64,000 nucleotides of DNA, taken from sequence record NC_048674.1. One strand, given 5' to 3'. A model generated the notes under the pieces. It did no database searches and was not told the DNA's origin. It was given only the letters and a program-made list of their open reading frames with translations. The translations under genes and the position numbers were made by a program. Below, piece by piece: positions 57,552-64,000 of this stretch; the first letter of the stretch is position 1; each line of letters opens with the position of its first letter.

Positions 57552-58505
57552 ATGGCTATCAGTAATTACGAAACTGTCATCTCACAGATTGTCGAGATGA
57601 AAGAGAACAAGGGTATGGGTTCGCGAGCAATTGCGAAAGAACTTGGTATTTCTAAATCTTCCGTAAACTATTATTACGAGCGTTTCATGGAAGAGAACAA
57701 TATTGTGGACGATATCAAAACCGGTCCCCGTGTTCTAGTTCTGGATATTGAAACCGCTCCGATTATGGCTCATGTATGGCGCTTGTTTAAGACCAACGTT
57801 GGTCTGAATATGATCGAGTCCGATTGGTATATGCTTAGTTTTGCTGCTAAATGGTTTGACAGTGATGAAATCATTTATATGGACCAGCGAAATGCACCAA
57901 ATATCGAAGATGATTCAGAAATGCTGAAAGTTCTATGGGAGCTTCTTGACGAAGCTGATATCGTTCTTCATCAGAATGGTCGTCGGTTTGATATTCCAAA
58001 AATTCGCAGTCGTATGATCGTTCATGGTATGAAACCGTTCTCTACCGTGAAGCATATTGATACTCTTGAGATCGCAAAACGCACGTTTGGTTTTACTTCC
58101 AACAAGCTGGAATATATGACCGATAAGCTATGCACAGAAACCAAGAAATCTAAACATACTCAATTCCCCGGTTTTGAATTGTGGAAAGAATGCTTGGCTG
58201 GTAATATCGAAGCTTGGAAAGAGATGGAAGAATATAATATTGATGATATCGTATCTCTCCAAGAACTATATGTTAAATTGGCTCCATGGTCGGATCGTCT
58301 TCCGAACTTCTCTCTTTATACAGATTCAGACAAATTCACTTGCGTATGTGGAAATCATGAGTTTGAAGATGCCGGGTTCGCGTATACCGAAGTTAGTAAG
58401 TTCAAACAATATAAATGCACCCACTGTGGTAAACACTGGCGTGGTCGCAAGAACCAAATCACTAAGATTAAGTCAAAACTTCTGTTGACTAATGCTCGTG
58501 AATAA
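57552..58505 (+). CDS. HTH + DEDD-type 3'-5' exonuclease (RNase H fold) + Zn ribbon
   Basis: SRAIAKELGISKSSV, LDIET, NGRRFD, YNIDD, CVCG..CTHCG. Confidence 0.82.
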   Translation: MAISNYETVISQIVEMKENKGMGSRAIAKELGISKSSVNYYYERFMEENNIVDDIKTGPRVLVLDIETAPIMAHVWRLFKTNVGLNMIESDWYMLSFAAKWFDSDEIIYMDQRNAPNIEDDSEMLKVLWELLDEADIVLHQNGRRFDIPKIRSRMIVHGMKPFSTVKHIDTLEIAKRTFGFTSNKLEYMTDKLCTETKKSKHTQFPGFELWKECLAGNIEAWKEMEEYNIDDIVSLQELYVKLAPWSDRLPNFSLYTDSDKFTCVCGNHEFEDAGFAYTEVSKFKQYKCTHCGKHWRGRKNQITKIKSKLLLTNARE

Positions 58506-58559
58506 TAGTAAACTATAGGGAATCCTTCGGGGTTCCCTTTTTCGTTATGAGGAAATAAA

Positions 58560-58853
58560 ATGGTTGATATGTTTGGTAATGAGCTTGTGGTCGGTGATTA
58601 TATCGTCCACGGTATGGACAACGGTTCTACCCTGTTATTGGGTCGTGTGTTCAAGCTAGGTGAGAAGAAATGTTGGTTCTACTATGTTCATAAGCATGAA
58701 CAGGGGTACTATGAAATGTGGTTGAACAACCGTCATAACCGAGACTATGACAGAGTTGTTAAGTATACTGGTGATATCCATCTGATCAATAAAGGGTTGG
58801 GTGGTATTCGTGATGAAAATGGTAAATTGGTTGATCGATTTTTAGAATTTTGA
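58560..58853 (+). CDS. hypothetical protein (SH3/KOW-like start)
   Basis: DMFGNELVVGD, SD GAGG. Confidence 0.65.
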   Translation: MVDMFGNELVVGDYIVHGMDNGSTLLLGRVFKLGEKKCWFYYVHKHEQGYYEMWLNNRHNRDYDRVVKYTGDIHLINKGLGGIRDENGKLVDRFLEF

Positions 58854-58854
58854 G

Positions 58855-59145
58855 GTGTATATGTTTAAATATAAAGTGTGGTTTGCGTCGGAAGAACAAA
58901 AAGCTGAAATGATCAGGTATATAAATGAAGATGAGTTGGGACCTTGTAAAGTAGTTGTACCATATCTTGAAGAAATTGATGTTGGGGTGAAATATGATTT
59001 TGAATCAAATAAAAAACTAGAAACTTATTCTTATTCTGACGGGACGTTAAAAACCGTATTTAATGGGAAATATAACGATGGTATAAACCTCTTTATACCG
59101 GAAGATATTGACGATGGTCGGGTGTGTTGTGAGGCAATAGAATGA
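58855..59145 (+). CDS. hypothetical protein
   Basis: 96 aa in the operon. Confidence 0.6.
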   Translation: MYMFKYKVWFASEEQKAEMIRYINEDELGPCKVVVPYLEEIDVGVKYDFESNKKLETYSYSDGTLKTVFNGKYNDGINLFIPEDIDDGRVCCEAIE

Positions 59146-59438
59146 AAATTTTTCAAGAATACAAAAACGGCAAGCTAATTGAAACCAAAGGCCCATTTTC
59201 TGTAATCCGGTGTAGTCGTTATTATCTGGTGGCGGTTATTAACGGGGAGAAGATAGAACTAGGTCAGTGCAATGATTATGAAAAAACTTATAAAAAAGGT
59301 ATTGACCAATGGATCTCTAAGGTGTACTCTAGGTGTATTGATACAGAAGAGAGTTACCGTTGGCAGGCTGAGAACCTTATCAAGCAAGCTGACGGAGAAC
59401 GAGAGATTATTGAATTAATCAAATCACTGAGGGAATAA
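59142..59438 (+). CDS. hypothetical protein
   Basis: 98 aa in the operon. Confidence 0.6.
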   Translation: MKIFQEYKNGKLIETKGPFSVIRCSRYYLVAVINGEKIELGQCNDYEKTYKKGIDQWISKVYSRCIDTEESYRWQAENLIKQADGEREIIELIKSLRE

Positions 59439-59440
59439 TT

Positions 59441-59554
59441 ATGGAAATCATCGATATCATTTATCAACCAGTATGTTTTTGCCCTGAATGTGGCGGTGCC
59501 CTTGATGGTGGTATCGACGATGTGTGCGAATACTGCACAACAGAAGAGGAATAA
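59441..59554 (+). CDS. 37 aa zinc-ribbon micro-protein
   Basis: Hand translation MEIIDIIYQPVCFCPECGGALDGGIDDVCEYCTTEEE*, SD GAGG. Confidence 0.6.
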   Translation: MEIIDIIYQPVCFCPECGGALDGGIDDVCEYCTTEEE

Positions 59555-59559
59555 CAATT

Positions 59560-59817
59560 ATGGATATGATCGAATACTACGACTCTTTGGGTTGGAAACC
59601 TTTTCGTGAGTATATGTGTGATGTCATCTATATGGAATATGATGCACAACTGGTGATTCGCACAAAAGATCTTGGAGAACCACCACATTATAAAGATGTC
59701 TTCCTTGTTACCTTAAACTGGGAACAGGGACACGGCAACAACTGGTATTTTGAAACAGAAGATGGTTTGATTTTCAAGCCAGACGAAGTAAAAGAATTTT
59801 TGTTCGATTATAGTTGA
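59560..59817 (+). CDS. hypothetical protein
   Basis: SD AGAGG, start reassigned to 59560. Confidence 0.6.
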   Translation: MDMIEYYDSLGWKPFREYMCDVIYMEYDAQLVIRTKDLGEPPHYKDVFLVTLNWEQGHGNNWYFETEDGLIFKPDEVKEFLFDYS

Positions 59818-59841
59818 CTCCCATAGCCGTTAGATTATAAT
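59814..59841 (+). promoter_or_regulatory. sigma70-type early promoter
   Basis: TTGACT-16-TATAAT. Confidence 0.65.
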
Positions 59842-59871
59842 CATGGTTATCAACTGTTCTGAGGTAGTACA

Positions 59872-60438
59872 ATGAAAGTTTCATATGAATGCGATTACAC
59901 CAGCTTTGAACATTGCAAAGGCGTTGACATTGTTGTTAAACATTTCACAAAATTTGCGGTTGTTGCATCTAAAATAATCGACGATTCAAATATGGAACTT
60001 CTTGTTACTCAATATGAAGGGAACCAATACGAATTCTCTTTGTCCTGTGGAAAGAAACTCAGTATGATCCGAGTTGTTAACCTACGTACTGGTCATTATG
60101 AGCACGACACATTTTCCCTTGGGGAAGAATTCCAAGGGAGAGGACTTGTTAAACATATGTTCCGTTGTACTATCGACATATGCGAGGCACTTGGTATAAC
60201 AAAAGTCGTTACGTCTGCGATTCTTGATGGTCGGATCGTATGGTTAAAACGTGGATTTGTTCCTTTCTGTTGCGAAACCTATTTCAATCGACTTGAAAAG
60301 ATGGGTGTTTGTGTTCCTGTGTGCGAACGGAATGAATATTGGTTCAATCAAGAAAATCTGAAAAAATACGAAAAAGAGGTTGCAGAAATCTCTTGGCATG
60401 GTTATGCTATGGTTGAAACTTTAAAACAATATGTATGA
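59872..60438 (+). CDS. GNAT-fold acetyltransferase
   Basis: FSLGEEFQGRGLVK (motif A), GITKVVTSA..G..VWLKRGF (motif B). Confidence 0.7.
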   Translation: MKVSYECDYTSFEHCKGVDIVVKHFTKFAVVASKIIDDSNMELLVTQYEGNQYEFSLSCGKKLSMIRVVNLRTGHYEHDTFSLGEEFQGRGLVKHMFRCTIDICEALGITKVVTSAILDGRIVWLKRGFVPFCCETYFNRLEKMGVCVPVCERNEYWFNQENLKKYEKEVAEISWHGYAMVETLKQYV

Positions 60439-60620
60439 AGGAAAATATAATGAAAGTAACTGAAATTGGTGTTAAATTGTGTGGTGTTTATGTGGTATGC
60501 CCGCATTGCAATAAGGAACTGGATGGTTGGTATGTAGACCCACGAGGACAAACTACAACTTGTGACTTCTGTGATAAAGAGTTTGAAATTCACTCTGATG
60601 CAGATCTGGAATTACTATGA
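60435..60620 (+). CDS. small zinc-ribbon protein
   Basis: CPHC..CDFC. Confidence 0.65.
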   Translation: MKENIMKVTEIGVKLCGVYVVCPHCNKELDGWYVDPRGQTTTCDFCDKEFEIHSDADLELL

Positions 60621-60871
60621 GTCGAGTAAAAATTATTGCAAAATTGAAGAAGATCGAAGAACTTCGCAGTCAAATAGAAGAAATTCGGTCTAAATGCCAA
60701 CATAACGCGGTTATCCTGAAACTAGGTTCCAATACCGGAAACTGGGATGGATTTGATTTATATTGGTACGATATCGAGTGTGAAGATTGCTTGAAGACTT
60801 GGAGAGAAGACCAAGAAGGTAGTAATTACAGTATTTACAATGACCCTCGTGTTGTTAAGGTGATCCGATGA
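60617..60871 (+). CDS. small Zn-binding protein
   Basis: CQH..CEDC. Confidence 0.6.
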   Translation: MSRVKIIAKLKKIEELRSQIEEIRSKCQHNAVILKLGSNTGNWDGFDLYWYDIECEDCLKTWREDQEGSNYSIYNDPRVVKVIR

Positions 60872-61161
60872 ACCACCGTCTATCCAAATCTCAAAATAGA
60901 AATGTGGTTAGTGCTTTCGTCATGAGTGGTTGTGCGAACAAACAAACTCTTGCTGATTTCATCATATCTCTTGCTAGATCACAAATGTACATGGATTTCA
61001 CCCATTACAAATATTTTATTGATGATTCTATCATCTTTGCAACCGATTCCATGAGCCAATTGGTTACCGGGGTTGGATATGATGAGTTAAAAGAAGAGGT
61101 CAGCAAAAAGATTTTTGACCACTCTAGCGTTTTTGGAAATAAAACTGTTGACCCAGTATAA
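60868..61161 (+). CDS. hypothetical protein
   Basis: 97 aa, coupled overlap. Confidence 0.55.
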   Translation: MNHRLSKSQNRNVVSAFVMSGCANKQTLADFIISLARSQMYMDFTHYKYFIDDSIIFATDSMSQLVTGVGYDELKEEVSKKIFDHSSVFGNKTVDPV

Positions 61162-61176
61162 ATTTTGATGTAATAT
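61148..61176 (+). promoter_or_regulatory. sigma70-type early promoter
   Basis: TTGACC-17-TAATAT. Confidence 0.65.
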
Positions 61177-61206
61177 ACTCATATCAACTAACGAGAGGAA
61201 ATATAG

Positions 61207-61983
61207 ATGTCTTTGATTAAGAGCCAAGCCCGAGTGATTGTTGAGAAACGGATTGCGGAAGTTGTGGAAATTGCAAAGACACTCTATCCAGAGATGGCTG
61301 GTTTTAAGTATACGTTTAAAGAATGTACAGGGCGTTGTGCAGGTATCGCTAGTTACACCAATAAAGGATGGAGCGATACAGAGTACACTATCAAGATTAA
61401 CATCAATTTGATGGTACAAGGGATGAAGGAATGGAATCATATTTTCAACAACACGATCCCTCACGAAATTGCACACCTTGTTGATTATGTTACTCGCGGT
61501 AAAAGTAACCATGACCGTGTGTGGGAACGGATTGCTAAATCTCTTGGCTGTGATGGTGTATCCCGTCATAGTCTCCCGGTTGCCGGTCGTGGACGTGTTG
61601 TTTACATGGTTCCGGGGTATGGTAAAGTAACTGTTACAAATAGCACCCATATGGTCATTCAAGGTAAAAATTACGACAAGCCGTTTACTTGTGGTGGTGG
61701 GGCCTTTGAGATTAAGAAGGAACATCTTCTTTCTGGAACTGTAATGGACTCAATCCCTGACGGATACGGCCATTATCTGGAAGGTGAGACAATCATCGCG
61801 AAAAAAGAATCAAAGGTAATGGCTCCATCTGGAATTATGATGCGAGCACCTACAAAGAAGGCCATCAAAATCTGGGAAAGTGGTTCTAATCGTTGGGGCT
61901 CTTTCAATCGTGATTATGGTAAAGGTCGTCTCGAAACAGTTGAAAACCAGTATAAACTGTGTAGAATGTGGTTTGGAAAATAA
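61207..61983 (+). CDS. SprT-like zinc metalloprotease domain protein
   Basis: AG.A..IKIN..TIPHEIAHL..H..VW.RIA..LGC. Confidence 0.85.
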   Translation: MSLIKSQARVIVEKRIAEVVEIAKTLYPEMAGFKYTFKECTGRCAGIASYTNKGWSDTEYTIKININLMVQGMKEWNHIFNNTIPHEIAHLVDYVTRGKSNHDRVWERIAKSLGCDGVSRHSLPVAGRGRVVYMVPGYGKVTVTNSTHMVIQGKNYDKPFTCGGGAFEIKKEHLLSGTVMDSIPDGYGHYLEGETIIAKKESKVMAPSGIMMRAPTKKAIKIWESGSNRWGSFNRDYGKGRLETVENQYKLCRMWFGK

Positions 61984-61996
61984 GAGGAAATATCTG

Positions 61997-62260
61997 ATGA
62001 AAAATGTAAGTTGGAACGAAGCAGGGCGTTGTGCGGATCGGTTGATGTTGGCATGTAAGCCTCATCTCCAAGGAAAAATCAGTTCTCCGCTGAAAGATAT
62101 CTACGGAAACAACCTTCCGGGGCTATTGAAAGATGTAGTTTATTACAGTTCAGTTTATGGGACACCAGTGTGTTGTGCTATGGACTACGTTGTTGTAATT
62201 GATGCATGTAAGATCCTCGATGAGAAAGGTTTTTTGGAATTGGAGGTTGGAAATGTATGA
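61997..62260 (+). CDS. hypothetical protein
   Basis: SD GAGG, ATG 61997. Confidence 0.6.
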   Translation: MKNVSWNEAGRCADRLMLACKPHLQGKISSPLKDIYGNNLPGLLKDVVYYSSVYGTPVCCAMDYVVVIDACKILDEKGFLELEVGNV

Positions 62261-62588
62261 CGCAAAAGATTTACTGACAGAAATTACCATTCGGAACAAG
62301 CATAGTACAGATGAGATTGTTGAGGAAATACTGAATGCTGTAATTCGGGATATGCTCAATCGTCGTTCTCTGATTGGAACCATTAAATATTCGGTGGTGT
62401 GTGATTTTATTTCTGCCAGAATTCCAAAAACAGTTGAATTTGATAAAAACCTTGTATTGGTTGAAATTATCAATCAAGCGAACCTTCGTGGTTTTGATTG
62501 TGAATTTGATAACCACAAGGAGTTGTTTAATTTTGGTGTGAGTGTCGAATCCATCAAAGAATTCACAAAAAACCAAAAGAACAATTGA
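62253..62588 (+). CDS. hypothetical protein
   Basis: SD GGAGG, ATG 62253. Confidence 0.6.
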   Translation: MYDAKDLLTEITIRNKHSTDEIVEEILNAVIRDMLNRRSLIGTIKYSVVCDFISARIPKTVEFDKNLVLVEIINQANLRGFDCEFDNHKELFNFGVSVESIKEFTKNQKNN

Positions 62589-62643
62589 CTTCAATTTCGG
62601 GGTATGAGATTATACCCCTATCAAAACAAAAGAGAGAAATAAT

Positions 62644-63159
62644 ATGAGCTTTACCACTTCTGATTTTTGCAAAGCCTACGGTTGGAACGAACAAGAAGTT
62701 ACCATGAAACTCTCTGGTGATTTTCTTCACAAACCTACAGGTACGATCCTTGGTAATTTGTTTGATCTCAAAATCGACGTAGAAAACCGACTGAAAAAAT
62801 TCGAACGTCAGGCCAAAAAAGCACAGCGAGAAGCAGAACTAAATGACCTTGTTCCTGCGGCCATCGACATTCTTCAAAACTCTCTCTCGGAGGCGAAGGT
62901 ATGGAAAAACAAAACCATGCCGAACGTCATCCTCAACGAAATCCATTTCTATATTGTCCTTGGTAAGAGTCTGGATTCTGACGTTATCGTTCGCTTCCAT
63001 CACCCAGACATGACCGGTGAACAGGTAGCACGTTACACCGGAATGAAGGTCAAATATGAAACAGGCCGTGAGAATAACTGCATCATCTCAGGTCTGAACA
63101 TTGAGAAGGCTGCAAGCGTAATCGAAAAGGTTGCTATGATGACAGGTGACGCAGAATGA
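62644..63159 (+). CDS. hypothetical early protein
   Basis: 171 aa, TTGACT promoter upstream. Confidence 0.7.
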   Translation: MSFTTSDFCKAYGWNEQEVTMKLSGDFLHKPTGTILGNLFDLKIDVENRLKKFERQAKKAQREAELNDLVPAAIDILQNSLSEAKVWKNKTMPNVILNEIHFYIVLGKSLDSDVIVRFHHPDMTGEQVARYTGMKVKYETGRENNCIISGLNIEKAASVIEKVAMMTGDAE

Positions 63160-63347
63160 CTAAAACTAAAAATTTCTCTTTGCATGGCGACCCTTGTAAA
63201 TTTTATGTGTATAGTTACAAATTATGTTCTTATACAAAATGGATTATTGGTCAATCAAATCTATACAATTTTATTACAAATAAGAATAAAAATAGTGAGT
63301 TTGATAAAGAATGTGAAAAGATGTTCGAACGTAGTGAGACGGCGTAG
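63156..63347 (+). CDS. hypothetical protein
   Basis: 63 aa AT-rich ORF, ATGA overlap. Confidence 0.45.
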   Translation: MTKTKNFSLHGDPCKFYVYSYKLCSYTKWIIGQSNLYNFITNKNKNSEFDKECEKMFERSETA

Positions 63348-63533
63348 CCGCCTGTTCGCTTCGCTCACTATANNTANTTATAGANNTTCTATATAANTAN
63401 TNATNGANANTTNANACTAAAAAGATTTGACTTCTAAATTCATGTGTGGCTAAATAATACTTTGGGCTTTGCTTGTTTTTAGATGAGTGTTAGAAAGTCC
63501 ACAATTCACCCCTTCCACTAAAAAGGATCGAAG

Positions 63534-64000
63534 ATGAAAAGTGGTAGTATATTAGTAGGGATCCTCCTACTTCTAACGTCGATATCGGCAAATGCTGTTA
63601 TGTATGAAAACCGTGAACTAACGGATAATCAGATTTATACAATTCAGCGAGCTTATGAGCTGGGAGAGTCTTCCGGTTATGGGCTTACACTGGCTGCAAT
63701 CGCTCTTACCGAGAGTCGTGCAGGTAAATTTTTAATCAACAATCGTACTGGTGATTATGGTGTGTTCCAGAACAACCTGAAATATACAGTTAAACGAGTT
63801 GAACAGCTAACTGGCGCTAAGATGGGTTGGAGACAACAGCGAAAGCTAAGGTACGAACTCATTAACAGTATGGAGAGTTCCGCAAACTATGCGCTTATGG
63901 AGCTTGAGTACTGGAAGAAAATCCGAAATGGCGACTGGAAAATGGTTGTTAAAAGCTATAACGCTGGATACAACCCAAACAGTGCTGATGGGATTGAGTA
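63534..64000 (+). CDS. vs.1: Vs.1-like lytic transglycosylase (SLT fold), truncated by window end
   Basis: Hand translation: signal-like MKSGSILVGILLLL, LAAIALTESRAG, YGVFQNNL, MELEYW, YNAGYN. Confidence 0.85.
   Translation, partial: MKSGSILVGILLLLTSISANAVMYENRELTDNQIYTIQRAYELGESSGYGLTLAAIALTESRAGKFLINNRTGDYGVFQNNLKYTVKRVEQLTGAKMGWRQQRKLRYELINSMESSANYALMELEYWKKIRNGDWKMVVKSYNAGYNPNSADGIE

Noticed and set aside
1-64000. tRNA, rRNA or CRISPR arrays
   Set aside because: No cloverleaf or T-loop signatures, no long non-coding stretch and no regularly spaced repeat-spacer units were seen. Coding density leaves little room.

Overview
A 64 kb segment of a T4-like myovirus genome (Straboviridae-type, distant from T4 itself). 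Left part: rnlB, uvsW/uvsW.1/uvsY, dda, ligase, 32-59-33-dsbA-rnh and tail fibre genes 34/35. Middle: a contiguous nrdA-B-D-G-C-H cluster and the replication module 55-47-46-45-44-62-regA-43A/43B-uvsX-40-41-61. Right part: dUTPase, dexA, fused topoisomerase 39/60, rIIA/rIIB and early accessory genes. The DNA polymerase is split, late promoters look like CTAAATA, and no hydroxymethyl-cytosine genes sit at their usual loci. The sequence appears to be a consensus of at least two strains: isolated Ns fall on codon third positions and 4775-5955 is a patchwork of two alleles. The most interesting observations are (1) an acyl-carrier-protein-like domain with Asp at the phosphopantetheine Ser, fused to the N-terminus of RIIB; (2) a free-standing, apparently catalytically dead intein (Hint) domain between genes 40 and 41; (3) a fused gp39-60 that still carries the extra segments typical of the split T4 subunits; (4) a small degenerate terminase-ATPase-like gene; and (5) PTH2-like, GNAT and extra helicase-like accessory genes. 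All homology calls are by eye from recalled family motifs, not database searches.
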